Shown: positions 46,105 to 56,521, counted from the stretch's first letter. The stretch is 64,000 nucleotides of DNA from Alphaproteobacteria bacterium (GCA_964291285.2 OZ219787.1:640001-704000); one strand, 5' to 3'. Translations and numbers: made by a program. Notes: generated by a model from the sequence alone, not told the origin.

Positions 46105-47814
46105 TTATCGCTCGTCGGCCTGGCGGGGGATCAGTTCCTCGCCGGCGCGGGAGTGGCCGATGATGCGGGTCAGCAACAGCACCGGCAGCACGCCCGCCAG
46201 CACGATGGCGAGCGCCGAGAGCGAGCATTCCTCCAGCAACTCGTCCGAAGCGAACTGATAGACGTTCGTCGCCAGTGTCTCGTAGTTGAAGGGCCGGAGG
46301 ATGAGCGTCATCGGCAGCTCCTTCATCGAATCGACGAAGACCAGCAGCGCCCCGGTCAGCACGCTGCCGCGCACGATGGGCAGATGCACGCGCGAGAGCC
46401 GCGAGAACGGCCCGTGGCCGAGCGTGCGCGCCGCGCTGTCGATATTGGGCGTCACTTTCGAGAGGCCCGCGTCGATGGTGCCATAAGCGAGCGCCAGGAA
46501 ACGCACGGTGAGCGCAGCCGAGACCGCGAACAGCGTTCCGCTGAAAACCAGCCCGGTGGAGGTGCCGAATTCGGCGCGCGCAAAGGCGTCGATGCCGCGG
46601 TCAAGGCCGGCGAGCGGGATCATCACGCCGAGCGCCAGCACCGCGCCCGGCACCGCGTAGCCGAGCGACACGAAGCGCGCCGCGCCCTGGGCGACTGGCG
46701 GCGCGCCGGCCCTGGCGCCATAGGCGAGCACAAGCCCGAACGCAGAAGCCGCCAGCGCGGCGATGCCGGCGAGGGTCAGGCTGTGCTCTGCATAGTTCAG
46801 GAAGTCGGACAATTGGTCCGGCTGCCAGGCCGTAACCGCATACCAGGCGAGCACCGCCGAGGGCAGGAGGAAGCCGAGCAGCACGGGCAGCGCGCAGGCC
46901 AGGAATGCGCCGGTGGCGACCCAGCCGGAAAGGCGGCGCGGCGCCAGCCGCCGGTAGCGCCCGCTCGTGTGGTGGAACCGCCGTTGGCGCCGGGCGGCGC
47001 GCTCCACCCAGATGAGACCGGCAATGACAACCAGAAGCACAAGCGCGAGCTGGGCGGCGCCGGCGGCATTGCCCATGTTCATCCAGATATCGAAAATGCC
47101 GACTGTGAAGGTGCGAAGCGCAAAGAATTCGACTGCGCCCAGATCGTTCAGGGTTTCCATGAGAGCGAGGATGACGCCGATGGCCACCGCCGGGCGGGCG
47201 AGCGGCAGCGCCACGCGCCGGAAGGCCTGCCAAGGCGTGCAGCCGAGCAGGCGGCTCGCTTCCAGCACGCAGATGTTCTGCTCGATGAAGGCCGCCCTGG
47301 AGAGCAGATAGACATAGGGGTAGAGCACCAGCGAGAACAGGGTGACGGCGCCGCCGAGCGAGCGTATCTGCGGGAACCAGTAGTCCTGCGCGCTGGTCCA
47401 GCCGAACGAGGCGCGCAGAAACACCTGCACCGCGCCGGCATATTCCAGCAGGTCGGTATAGACGTAGGCGACGACATAGGCGGGCATGGCGAGCGGCAGC
47501 AGCAGCAGCCATTCGAAGGCCCGGCTTCCCGGAAACCGGCACATGGTGACCAGCCAGGCCGTCGCGACGCCGATAGCCACCGTGCCGATCGCAACGCCGA
47601 GCGCAAGCAGGAAGGAATTCCATATGTAGTCCGGCAGCACCGTCGAGGCGAGGTGCCGCCAGATGTCGAGGGTCGGCGTGACGGCCGTCCAGATGACGGC
47701 GCAGATCGGCGCGGCCGCCAGCGCCGCCACCGACAAGGTTACCCAGGTCCAGCCGTCCGGTGTCGTGGTGCGCCAGGCCCGGCGCCGTGCGCTAGCTGCG
47801 CCGGCGACGGCCAT
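46105..47814 (-). CDS. Iron(III) ABC transporter permease (FbpB-like)
   Basis: LPLAMPAYVVAYVY, LYPYVYLL, EASRLLG, METLNDLG, KELPMTLILRPFNYETLA. Confidence 0.93.
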   Translation of the reverse strand: MAVAGAASARRRAWRTTTPDGWTWVTLSVAALAAAPICAVIWTAVTPTLDIWRHLASTVLPDYIWNSFLLALGVAIGTVAIGVATAWLVTMCRFPGSRAFEWLLLLPLAMPAYVVAYVYTDLLEYAGAVQVFLRASFGWTSAQDYWFPQIRSLGGAVTLFSLVLYPYVYLLSRAAFIEQNICVLEASRLLGCTPWQAFRRVALPLARPAVAIGVILALMETLNDLGAVEFFALRTFTVGIFDIWMNMGNAAGAAQLALVLLVVIAGLIWVERAARRQRRFHHTSGRYRRLAPRRLSGWVATGAFLACALPVLLGFLLPSAVLAWYAVTAWQPDQLSDFLNYAEHSLTLAGIAALAASAFGLVLAYGARAGAPPVAQGAARFVSLGYAVPGAVLALGVMIPLAGLDRGIDAFARAEFGTSTGLVFSGTLFAVSAALTVRFLALAYGTIDAGLSKVTPNIDSAARTLGHGPFSRLSRVHLPIVRGSVLTGALLVFVDSMKELPMTLILRPFNYETLATNVYQFASDELLEECSLSALAIVLAGVLPVLLLTRIIGHSRAGEELIPRQADER

Positions 47815-48205
47815 AGAGCTCGAGACGATGGTCCACCAGGTCGAAGCCGAGGCGCTCGGCGATCCGGCTCTTCATCTCTTCGAGTTCGGCGTCGTAAAAC
47901 TCCTTCACCGTCCCGGTTTCCACATCGATCAGGTGGTCGTGATGCTCACCGGCCTCCTCGTAGCGCGCCCGGCCGCCGCCGAAATCGTGCCGGGTCAGCA
48001 CATTGGCGTCCTCGAAGAGCTTAAGCGTGCGATAGACGGTGGCGATGGAGATATGCGGGTCGATCCGGCTCGCGCGCCGATAGACCGTATCGACATCGGG
48101 ATGGTCGGCGCTGTCTGAGAGGACGCGGGCCACCGTGCGGCGCTGGCCCGTCAGGCGAAGGTTTCTTTCGCGGCACAGCCTTTCGATGCCGGTTTCCTCA
48201 GCCAT
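47792..48205 (-). CDS. fur: Fur family transcriptional regulator (Fur/Mur type)
   Basis: LRLTGQRR, DHPDV, ISIATVYRTLKLFE, HHDHLID, HRLELYG. Confidence 0.93.
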   Translation of the reverse strand: MAEETGIERLCRERNLRLTGQRRTVARVLSDSADHPDVDTVYRRASRIDPHISIATVYRTLKLFEDANVLTRHDFGGGRARYEEAGEHHDHLIDVETGTVKEFYDAELEEMKSRIAERLGFDLVDHRLELYGRRRRS

Positions 48206-48355
48206 TCCCTGCCGTCCGATATCCGCCTGACAGTGTTGAATACAGGCCGCAACCGGCCGGGTCAATCGGAACGGACCGCACGGCGGGGCGCGGCTTCGTT
48301 GACAACAAGCGTCCTTCCGACGCTTGATCGGGCAAACGGGGCGTTGGAGCGGCTC

Positions 48356-49234
48356 ATGTTCGAGGGATTCCAGAGGTCCAGGATCGACGCCGGAGAGTGC
48401 GGGATCCATGTCGTGCATGGAGGCGAGGGGCCGCCGCTGCTGATGCTGCACGGCTATCCCCAGACCCATGCGGAATGGCACAAGGTGGCGCCCCGCCTGG
48501 CGGAGCGGTTCACGGTCGTCTGCCCGGACTTGCGCGGCTACGGAGACAGCGACAAGCCGCGTTGCGAACCGGGCGACCACACGACCTACTGCAAGCGCAC
48601 CACCGCCGGCGACCAGGTGGCGGTCATGCGGGCGCTCGGCTTCGAGGCCTTCCACCTCGTCGGCCATGACCGGGGCGTGCGCGTCGGGCTCCGGCTCGCG
48701 CTCGACCATCCCGGGCGCGTCCTGAGCTTCACCAACCTCGACGTGGTGCCGTCACTGGAGGCGTTCGAGAACATGGACGCCTCGCTCGCATTTTCGTGGT
48801 TCCACTGGAACCTCATGCGCCAGCCTTCGCCGCTTCCGGAGACCGTGTTCTCGGCCAATCCGAAGCTGTTCCTGGATTTCTTTCTGGCCCAATGGACGGC
48901 GGCGCCGGGTGCTTTCGAGGAAGCGGCCTACGGGGAATATCTGCGCTGCTTTTCCGACCCCGAAACGGTGCGCGCCATGTGCGCCGACTACCGCGCGGTC
49001 GCGCTCGACATGGAGCATGACGCCGCCGACCGGGGCCGGAAGCTTGCCTGCCCGGTGCTGGTGCTCTGGGCCGGCAACATGCCGAAGCGGCCCGGCTGGC
49101 AGACCGGGGCCAAGCTGAACATGCTGGATGTCTGGCGCGCCCGCGCCGACGATGTGCGCGGCCGTGCGCTCGATTGCGGGCATTTCATCCCCGAGGAGGC
49201 GCCCGACGAACTGCTCGCTTTCCTACCGGGCTGA
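48356..49234 (+). CDS. Fluoroacetate/haloacetate dehalogenase-like alpha/beta hydrolase
   Basis: LHGYPQT, DLRGYGDS, GHDRGVRV (Asp nucleophile), FHW, MCADYRA, GHFIPEEAP. Confidence 0.85.
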   Translation: MFEGFQRSRIDAGECGIHVVHGGEGPPLLMLHGYPQTHAEWHKVAPRLAERFTVVCPDLRGYGDSDKPRCEPGDHTTYCKRTTAGDQVAVMRALGFEAFHLVGHDRGVRVGLRLALDHPGRVLSFTNLDVVPSLEAFENMDASLAFSWFHWNLMRQPSPLPETVFSANPKLFLDFFLAQWTAAPGAFEEAAYGEYLRCFSDPETVRAMCADYRAVALDMEHDAADRGRKLACPVLVLWAGNMPKRPGWQTGAKLNMLDVWRARADDVRGRALDCGHFIPEEAPDELLAFLPG

Positions 49235-49238
49235 GCGC

Positions 49239-49445
49239 CTATTCTAGGCCGATGGCGCCGCAGACGAGGGGGAAATGCTCCATCTGCCCGGTGCTCATGA
49301 GGTAGTAGAGATACCAGAGCCCGCCGACGGCGCCGGCCGTTGCCAGCCCCAGCAATGCGGCGCCGCGCAGGAACGACCGCAGGAGGTCGCCCCAGACCTC
49401 CGCTTCCTCCGCCTCGGGGGGCGAATATTCACGGTCCCGGCTAAT
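49239..49445 (-). CDS. Possible small membrane protein downstream of secB; start uncertain
   Basis: Open frame with a TM-like segment GAALLGLATAGAVGGLWYLYYL fills the gap; no clear canonical start. Confidence 0.3.
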   Translation of the reverse strand: MSRDREYSPPEAEEAEVWGDLLRSFLRGAALLGLATAGAVGGLWYLYYLMSTGQMEHFPLVCGAIGLE

Positions 49446-49953
49446 CGCCGCCTCCCTCCTCCTGCGCCGGCTGCCCGCCCGCCTCCTGCCGGCGCTCGTC
49501 CGTCTGCGCGGCCGCGGCGCGCTCGAACAGCACATCGAAGTCGATGGGGTCGATCAGGAAGGGCGGGAAGCCCCCGTCCCGCACTGCATTGGCGATGATG
49601 CCGCGGGCAAAGGGGAACAGCAGCTTCGGCACCTCGGACCCGACCACCCTGGTCCTCACTTCGTCCGGCAGGGGCGGCACGGCGGCAACCGCGCCATAGG
49701 ACAGCTCGACCAGGAAGAGGACCATCTCGCCGCGCTTGGCCCGCGCCGTGACATGCAACACCACCTCGAAGTGGTTGTCCTGCAGCGGGCGCGCCTCGAC
49801 ATTGAGATCGATGCCGATCTCGGGCCGCGTTTCCAACTCGTTGAAGCTCATCGGCGCGTTCGGGCTCTCGAAGGAGAGGTCCTTCAGATATTGCGCGCCG
49901 ATGGTCACTTGCGGCTTCGTGTCGGCCGCTCCGTTCGCGCCGTTCCCGTTCAT
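49441..49953 (-). CDS. secB: Protein-export chaperone SecB
   Basis: AQYLKDLSFESPNAP, LFLVELSYG, LLFPFAR...DGGFPP...PIDF. Confidence 0.95.
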   Translation of the reverse strand: MNGNGANGAADTKPQVTIGAQYLKDLSFESPNAPMSFNELETRPEIGIDLNVEARPLQDNHFEVVLHVTARAKRGEMVLFLVELSYGAVAAVPPLPDEVRTRVVGSEVPKLLFPFARGIIANAVRDGGFPPFLIDPIDFDVLFERAAAAQTDERRQEAGGQPAQEEGGGD

Positions 49954-49963
49954 GGCCGCCCGT

Positions 49964-50515
49964 CTAGCACGGGGCGGCAAAGGGAGGAAGCGGGCCGGAG
50001 GGGTCGTGCTCGCGGATGGCGCCGTTCTCGACGGTCTCGCCGGTCAGCGCGCGGATGACGCCCCAATGGGTCACGGCGCAGATGCCATCGCGGTCCGGGC
50101 GCCCGGCCACGGCGGTACGGAAGGCGCGGGCGCGGGCCAGTACCCGTTCATGCGTTTCCCCGAGTTCGCACCACCACTGCTCGTCGAGGGCGGAGAAATC
50201 GAGGTCCTGCCACGCTCCGGCCAGCATGCCCGCGCGGGTCCCGACATCGCAGGAAAAGCCCGCCCGCTCGCGTAGCAACGGCTCCACCAAAATTGGGACA
50301 TCAAGGCGCCGGGCCACCGCCACCGCCGTTTCCAGCGTGCGCCGGTAGGGGCTCGCGAAGAGCAGCGAGATGCCGTGCCCGGCAAGCGCGGCCCCGGCCG
50401 CCTCGGCCTGCCGGCGGCCCTCCTCCGTCAGCCCCGGATCGGGGAGGCCCGGATCGATGCGCGTCTGGCCGTAGTGCAGGTTCCAAAGCGTCTGGCCGTG
50501 GCGCAGCAGGATCAT
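49964..50515 (-). CDS. Histidine phosphatase family protein
   Basis: MILLRHGQ (RHG motif), ASPYRRTLET, VTHWG; ATGA overlap with the fxsA stop. Confidence 0.88.
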   Translation of the reverse strand: MILLRHGQTLWNLHYGQTRIDPGLPDPGLTEEGRRQAEAAGAALAGHGISLLFASPYRRTLETAVAVARRLDVPILVEPLLRERAGFSCDVGTRAGMLAGAWQDLDFSALDEQWWCELGETHERVLARARAFRTAVAGRPDRDGICAVTHWGVIRALTGETVENGAIREHDPSGPLPPFAAPC

Positions 50516-50943
50516 CTGGGCTCTCCCGGCGTGTCGTCGCGATATTCGCCTTCGATAATTCCGGCCCCGCCCTGCCGGACGCGGAACCCCTCGCCCCAGC
50601 GCCGCCACGCCCATCCCGCCGCGAGGTCCCGGAAGGGCGGCAGCAGCAGCAGGAACCCGGCGGCGTCGGTGAAGAAGCCCGGCGTCAGCAGCAGGGCGCC
50701 CGCCACGATGAGGCAGACGCCGTCGAACATTTCCCGCAACGGCGCGCCGCCTCCGGCGATCGTCCGCCGGGCGCGCATCAGCACACCAACCCCCTGCGCG
50801 CGGATCAGCCAGGTCCCGACGACGGCCGTCAGCACGATGACGGCAAGCGTCGGCCACAACCCGATCCAGCCGCCGACCTCGATGAAAACGGCGATCTCGA
50901 CCAGGGGAACCCCGATCAGCGCCAAAAGGATTGCGAAGGCCAT
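50512..50943 (-). CDS. fxsA: FxsA family membrane protein
   Basis: VPLVEIAVFIEVG, AGALLLTPGFFTD, IIEGEY. Confidence 0.92.
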   Translation of the reverse strand: MAFAILLALIGVPLVEIAVFIEVGGWIGLWPTLAVIVLTAVVGTWLIRAQGVGVLMRARRTIAGGGAPLREMFDGVCLIVAGALLLTPGFFTDAAGFLLLLPPFRDLAAGWAWRRWGEGFRVRQGGAGIIEGEYRDDTPGEPR

Positions 50944-51013
50944 ACTTGCCCTTTCCTAGACTTGGGCTTATCTCTGGTCAATCGAGTGAAGGGATCGGCT
51001 GCAAAGGCCGGTA

Positions 51014-51691
51014 GTGAGCGCCATGGACGGCGGAATTCCGTTCTTCGACCTGTTGTTCTTCGCCATGGTGGCGGCGTTCCTCGTCTTCCGGCTGCGCAGC
51101 GTTCTGGGCCGCCGCCAGGGGCACCACCAGGCGCCTCCGCAGGCGGAGCCGAATGCCGCCGGCGATGCGAACTCCAACGACAATGTGATAGCGCTGCCCG
51201 ACCGCAACAAGGACGAGGACGAAGAGAGCGACGGCACGCCGCTCGGAGACGGCATACGGCAGATCCGGGGCGTGGACGCGAGCTTCGACCCGGAACTGTT
51301 CGCTTCGGGCGCGCGCGCGGCGTTCGAGATGATCGTCAATGCGTTTGCCGGCGGCGACCGGGACACGCTCCGGCCGCTGACCAGCGCCGAGGTGTTCGGC
51401 AATTTCGAGCGGACCATCGCGGACCGGGAGGAGAAGGGCCATATCCTCGAGGCGACGCTGATCGGCATCAAGGAAGCCGAGCTCACCGATGCCGGGCTCG
51501 ACGGCCATGAAGCCTGGGCGACGGTCCGCTTCGTCTCGGAGCAGGTCGGCGTGCTGCGCGATTCGGAAGGGCAGACGCTCTCCGGCGCAACCAACGCCAT
51601 CGAGGAGATCACCGACGTGTGGACCTTCGCCCGAGACACGCGGTCGCCCGACCCCAATTGGCGGCTGGTCGCAACCGGGGGCGAAAGCTGA
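51014..51691 (+). CDS. Tim44/TimA family protein
   Basis: FLVFRLRSVLGRR, FASGARAAFEMI, DVWTFARD...PNWRLVAT; divergent from fxsA as in other Alphaproteobacteria. Confidence 0.9.
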   Translation: MSAMDGGIPFFDLLFFAMVAAFLVFRLRSVLGRRQGHHQAPPQAEPNAAGDANSNDNVIALPDRNKDEDEESDGTPLGDGIRQIRGVDASFDPELFASGARAAFEMIVNAFAGGDRDTLRPLTSAEVFGNFERTIADREEKGHILEATLIGIKEAELTDAGLDGHEAWATVRFVSEQVGVLRDSEGQTLSGATNAIEEITDVWTFARDTRSPDPNWRLVATGGES

Positions 51692-51716
51692 GCCTGTCCC
51701 GACCCCGGAGAACACC

Positions 51717-52559
51717 ATGACCGGATCATCGACCGCCATGATCGGCAAGCGCGGGCTCGTCATGGGCATGGCGAACGACCGCTCCATCGCCTGGGGGATC
51801 GCGCAGGCGCTGGCGGAGAGCGGTGCCGAACTCGCCATCACCTACCAGACGGAGCAGCTTGCCAAGCGCGTCCGCCCGCTCGCCGAGTCGCTGGGCGCGG
51901 CGCTGGTGCTGCCGGCCGATGTCGCCGACGACGCCAGCATGGACGCCCTGTTCGAGACGCTGGCGGCCGAATGGGGCCGGCTCGATTTCGTCGTCCACGC
52001 CATCGCCTTTTCCGACAAAGACCAGCTCAAGGGCCGCTATGTCGATACGACGCGCGAGAACTTCCGCATGTCGCTCGACATCTCCTGCTTCTCCTTCACG
52101 GACCTCGCCCGCAGGGCCTCGGCGCTGATGGAGCCGGGGGCGGCGATGCTGACGCTCACCTATTACGGCGCCGAGCAGGTGATGCCGCACTACAATGTCA
52201 TGGGCGTCGCCAAGGCCGCGCTGGAAGCGAGCGTGCGCTACATGGCGGCCGATTTCGGCAATGACGGCATCCGCGTCAACGCCATATCGGCCGGGCCGGT
52301 CAAGACCCTCGCAGCGTCCGGGATCGGCGATTTCCGTTTCATCCTGAGGTGGAACGAGCTGAACTCGCCGCTGCAGGCCAATGTCACCCTGGAGCAGATC
52401 GGCCAGTCCGCCCTATACCTGCTCAGCCCGATGAGCGCCGGCGTTACCGGCGAGGTGCATCATGTGGATTGCGGCTACCACACCGTCGGCATGATGAACC
52501 CGCACCGGGCGGGGGACACGTCGGACCTGCTGGCGAGCTTCAAGCCGAAATACGGCTGA
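51717..52559 (+). CDS. fabI: Enoyl-ACP reductase FabI
   Basis: [42 protein letters not shown]. Confidence 0.97.
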   Translation: MTGSSTAMIGKRGLVMGMANDRSIAWGIAQALAESGAELAITYQTEQLAKRVRPLAESLGAALVLPADVADDASMDALFETLAAEWGRLDFVVHAIAFSDKDQLKGRYVDTTRENFRMSLDISCFSFTDLARRASALMEPGAAMLTLTYYGAEQVMPHYNVMGVAKAALEASVRYMAADFGNDGIRVNAISAGPVKTLAASGIGDFRFILRWNELNSPLQANVTLEQIGQSALYLLSPMSAGVTGEVHHVDCGYHTVGMMNPHRAGDTSDLLASFKPKYG

Positions 52560-53632
52560 TGGCCTCCAACGGGTTCGGACAGGCCTTTCGCTTCACCACA
52601 TGGGGAGAGAGCCACGGGCCGGCCATAGGCTGCGTCGTGGACGGCTGCCCGCCCGGCATTCCGCTCGCCGAGGACGACCTCCAGGTCTGGCTCGACAAGC
52701 GCCGGCCCGGCCAGTCGCGCTTTACGACACAACGCCGGGAGCCGGACAGCGTGCGCATCCTCTCCGGTGTGTTCGAGGGGCAGACGACAGGCACCCCCAT
52801 CGGCCTCGTGATCGAGAATGTGGACCAACGCTCCCGGGACTACTCGAAAATCGCCGACCGCTTCCGCCCCGGCCATGCCGACTACACCTACTGGCGGAAA
52901 TACGGCATTCGCGACTATCGCGGCGGCGGGCGGTCGTCGGCCCGCGAAACCGCCATGCGGGTGGCGGCCGGAGGCATCGCGCGCAAGGTTCTCGGCGACG
53001 GAGTGTCGATCCGCGGCGCGTTGGTCCAGATCGGGGAAAAGCGCGTGGACGGCGCGCGCTGGGACTGGAACGCCGTCGGGGACAATCCCTTCTTCTGCCC
53101 GGACGCCGCCGCAGCCGAGGAATGGGCGGACTATCTGGATGCGGTGCGCAAGGCCGGGTCGTCGGTGGGCGCGGTCATCGAGGTCGTCGCGGAGGGCGTG
53201 CCGGCCGGCCTCGGCGAGCCGGTCTATGGCAAGCTCGACGGGGACCTTGCCGCCGCGATGATGAGCATCAATGCCGTAAAGGGCGTCGAGATCGGCGACG
53301 GCTTCGCTTCGGCGGCGAAGCGCGGCGAAGATGCGCATGACGAGATGGCCCCGGACGGCGAAGGCGGCATCGCCTTCCTCTCCAACAATGCCGGCGGCGT
53401 GCTGGGCGGCATTTCCTCGGGCCAGCCCGTAGTTGCGCGTTTTGCTGTCAAGCCGACCAGCTCGATCCTGCTTCCGCGCCGGGGCGTCACCGAGGCGGGC
53501 GAGGCCGTCGAGATCGTCACCACGGGCCGCCACGACCCCTGCGTCGGCATCCGCGCCGTGCCGGTCGGTGAAGCGATGATGGCGCTGGTGCTCGCGGACC
53601 ACCTGCTCCGGCACCGCGCCCAGACAGGCTGA
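52559..53632 (+). CDS. aroC: Chorismate synthase
   Basis: [36 protein letters not shown]. Confidence 0.98.
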   Translation: MASNGFGQAFRFTTWGESHGPAIGCVVDGCPPGIPLAEDDLQVWLDKRRPGQSRFTTQRREPDSVRILSGVFEGQTTGTPIGLVIENVDQRSRDYSKIADRFRPGHADYTYWRKYGIRDYRGGGRSSARETAMRVAAGGIARKVLGDGVSIRGALVQIGEKRVDGARWDWNAVGDNPFFCPDAAAAEEWADYLDAVRKAGSSVGAVIEVVAEGVPAGLGEPVYGKLDGDLAAAMMSINAVKGVEIGDGFASAAKRGEDAHDEMAPDGEGGIAFLSNNAGGVLGGISSGQPVVARFAVKPTSSILLPRRGVTEAGEAVEIVTTGRHDPCVGIRAVPVGEAMMALVLADHLLRHRAQTG

Positions 53633-53694
53633 CGCCGGCACTTCCCCGCTTCCGGCCTGCGGGCCAGAATATGCGAAACAGCCGGAGGATCAGG

Positions 53695-54900
53695 ATGTCC
53701 GGACCGCTTGCCGGATTGCGCGTGATCGACCTCACCACCGTGATGTACGGCCCCTACTGCACCCAGTTGATGGGCGACTACGGAGCCGATGTGGTGAAAG
53801 TCGAGCCGCCGGGAGGCGATATAAGCCGGCAGGTAGGGCCGCGCCGCAACGGGGGCATGGCGGCCGGCATCCTCACCAAGGCGCGCAACAAGCGCAGCCT
53901 CGTGCTCGACCTGAAGCGGCCCGCCGGGCGCGACGCGCTTTACCGGCTGGCCCGGACGGCCGACGTGTTCATCCACAATATGCGCCCGAAGCCCGCCGCC
54001 CGGCTCGGGATCGACTATGCGGTGATCGCCGGGCATCGGCCCGATATCGTCTATTGCACCGCCGTCGGCTTCGGCAAGGACGGCCCCTATGCCGACAAGC
54101 CTGCCTATGACGACCTGATCCAGGGCGTCTCCGGGCTCGCCTGGCTGGAGGGCGCGCAAACCGGCGGCGCGCCGCGCTACGCCCCCTCCGTGCTCGCCGA
54201 CAAGACCAGCGGCCTGTTCGCGCTCTTCTCGATCCTGATGGCGCTCCACCATCGCGCCCGGACCGGCGAGGGACAGGAAATCCACTGCGGCATGTTTGAG
54301 TGTTTCGCCTCCTTCGTGATGAACGAGCACCAGCAGGGGCGCACCTTCGACCCGCCGCTCGGGCCCGCCGGCTACGAGCGCCTGCTGACGCCCTGGCGCC
54401 GGCCGCACGAAACCGCCGACGGGCATCTCTGCGTGCTGCCCTACAACGACCGCCACTGGCGCCGTTTCTTCGAGATCGCCGGGCAGCCGGAGCTCGCGGA
54501 AGACGAGCGGTTCGCGAACATGACCGCCCGCTCGCGGAACATCGAGGCGCTCTACCGGATCCTCGCCGACATCATGCGGGGCCGGACGACGGCGGACTGG
54601 CTGGCGGAACTGGAAGGCGCCGACATTCCCTGCATGCCGATGCACTCCCCCGAAACGCTGTTCGACGACCCGCATCTGCAGGCCGTGGATTTCTTTAGGA
54701 CCTTCGACCACCCCTCCGAAGGCCGCCTCGTGCATATGCGGCCTCCCGTCTCCTTCTCGAAGACGCCGGGTTCGATCCGCCTCCAGGCGCCGCAGGCCGG
54801 CCAACACAGCGAGGAAGTGCTGCGCGAGGCGGGGCTCGACGCGGCGGAAATCCGGGCGCTGGTCGAGGCGGGCGTGACGGCGACGGCCGCAGAGCCATGA
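53695..54900 (+). CDS. CaiB/BaiF (family III) CoA transferase
   Basis: GPLAGLRVIDLT, GADVVKVEPPGGD, RNKRSLVLDLK, AYDDLIQG. Confidence 0.95.
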   Translation: MSGPLAGLRVIDLTTVMYGPYCTQLMGDYGADVVKVEPPGGDISRQVGPRRNGGMAAGILTKARNKRSLVLDLKRPAGRDALYRLARTADVFIHNMRPKPAARLGIDYAVIAGHRPDIVYCTAVGFGKDGPYADKPAYDDLIQGVSGLAWLEGAQTGGAPRYAPSVLADKTSGLFALFSILMALHHRARTGEGQEIHCGMFECFASFVMNEHQQGRTFDPPLGPAGYERLLTPWRRPHETADGHLCVLPYNDRHWRRFFEIAGQPELAEDERFANMTARSRNIEALYRILADIMRGRTTADWLAELEGADIPCMPMHSPETLFDDPHLQAVDFFRTFDHPSEGRLVHMRPPVSFSKTPGSIRLQAPQAGQHSEEVLREAGLDAAEIRALVEAGVTATAAEP

Positions 54901-56030
54901 ACGACGCCGTCCGGAGTCCGCTCTTCAACGACAACCGCATCAAGCTCGGCGTGATGGCGTTCAACTGCTCGCACGGCTCCACCGTGACGACGGCGGACGG
55001 CGCCTGGCCGATGACATGGGAGGACAACCGGGCGCTCGCCCGCATGGCGGACGCCGCCGGTTTCGAGGCGCTGCTGCCGGTCGGGCGCTGGAAGGGCTAT
55101 GGCGGCGAGACCAATTTCAACAACCGGACCTTCGAGAGCCTGACCTGGGCGGCCGGCATTGCGGCCGAGACCTCGCACGCCACCGTCTTCTCGACCGTCC
55201 ATGCGCCGCTCGTCCACCCGGTCGCGGCCGCGAAGATGGGCGCGACCGTGGACCATATTTCGGGAGGCCGCTTCGCGCTCAACCTCGTAGCCGGATGGTT
55301 CAGGAACGAGTTCGACATGTTCGGCATCGAAATGCGCGCCCATGACGACCGCTACGCCTATGCCGAGGAATGGCTTTCGCTGGTGAAGCGCCTCTGGAGC
55401 GAGCGGGAACCTTTTGACCTCGACGGACGCTTCTTCAGCGGCAGGGCGCTCTGGAGCGAGCCGAAACCCCTCCAGCGTCCGAGGCCACCGATCATGAACG
55501 CCGGCAGTTCGTCCGCCGGACAGGCATTCTCCGCCGCCCATGCCGACATGAATTTCGTCATGCTGCGCCAGAAGGACGAGGGCAGCGACCGCGCGCAGAT
55601 CGCGCACCTCAAGGCCATGGCCGCCGACCTCGGCCGGGCCTCGCAATGCTGGATCCACGGCTATGTCGTCTGCCGGCCGACCCGGCGCGAGGCCGAGGGC
55701 TATCTCCACCACTATGTCGTCGAGCGCGGCGACGACGTGGCGGTCGCCAACATGCTGGACATCTTCGGGCTGCAGTCCGGCACCCTGGAGCCGGCGGTGA
55801 TGGACGCCTTCCGCTTCCACTTCAAGGCGGGCCACGGCGGCTATCCGCTGGTCGGGGCGCCGGAGGACATTGTGGAAGAGTTGGAGCGGCTTTCGGACAT
55901 GGGCGTGGACGGGCTGCTGCTCTCCTGGGTGGATTATCTCGGCGAGTGCCGCCAGTGGATCGAGGAGGTGATGCCGCTGATGGAGGCGGCCGGCCAGCGC
56001 CGCCCGTTCACGGCCCGCGCGACCGCATAG
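54897..56030 (+). CDS. LLM class flavin-dependent monooxygenase (SsuD/SfnG-like)
   Basis: GFEALLPVGRWKGYGG, AKMGATVDHISGGRFALN, MNAGSS. Confidence 0.92.
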   Translation: MNDAVRSPLFNDNRIKLGVMAFNCSHGSTVTTADGAWPMTWEDNRALARMADAAGFEALLPVGRWKGYGGETNFNNRTFESLTWAAGIAAETSHATVFSTVHAPLVHPVAAAKMGATVDHISGGRFALNLVAGWFRNEFDMFGIEMRAHDDRYAYAEEWLSLVKRLWSEREPFDLDGRFFSGRALWSEPKPLQRPRPPIMNAGSSSAGQAFSAAHADMNFVMLRQKDEGSDRAQIAHLKAMAADLGRASQCWIHGYVVCRPTRREAEGYLHHYVVERGDDVAVANMLDIFGLQSGTLEPAVMDAFRFHFKAGHGGYPLVGAPEDIVEELERLSDMGVDGLLLSWVDYLGECRQWIEEVMPLMEAAGQRRPFTARATA

Positions 56031-56076
56031 GCGCAGCCGTTATAATGCGCCCGGACACCTGCCCCGGAGGACCCCG

Positions 56077-56466
56077 ATGACCCGCGACGAACTCAAGGAA
56101 ATCACGCTCCAGTTTACCGACGCCTTCAACCGCGACGACCTCGACGGCGTCATGGCCTGGTTCGCCGACGACGCGGTCTATGACGAGTTCCACGGCGCCC
56201 GGCACGAGGGCAAGGAGGCGATCCGCGCGGCATTCGAGCCGATGTTCGCGGGCAAATTCGGCAAGGTGCGCTTCGAGGAGGAGGACCTGTTCCTCGACCC
56301 GGAGGACGGCAAGGCAATGATTTCCTGGTCCTGCGTGCTCACCACGCCGGAACGGTCGAGCGCCTGGCGCGGCCTCGACCTGCTGCATGTCGAGGGCGGC
56401 AAAATCACCGCCAAGCACACCTACGCCAAGACAGCCCGCCCCCTGTTCGAGGCCCGGGCCGCCTGA
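56077..56466 (+). CDS. NTF2-like / SnoaL-like domain protein
   Basis: FTDAFNRDDLDGVMAWFADDAVY...GKEAIRAAF...GGKITAK; GGAGG RBS. Confidence 0.85.
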   Translation: MTRDELKEITLQFTDAFNRDDLDGVMAWFADDAVYDEFHGARHEGKEAIRAAFEPMFAGKFGKVRFEEEDLFLDPEDGKAMISWSCVLTTPERSSAWRGLDLLHVEGGKITAKHTYAKTARPLFEARAA

Positions 56467-56521
56467 CCGGATCCGGTAGGGCTCGGAACCGAACGGCTTC
56501 CTGCCCCCCGGACCTGTCGCG

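Noticed and set aside
50461-50499. 12-bp direct repeat GCGTCTGGCCGT in the histidine phosphatase gene
   Set aside because: It encodes HGQT/YGQT in frame; most likely a coding coincidence.
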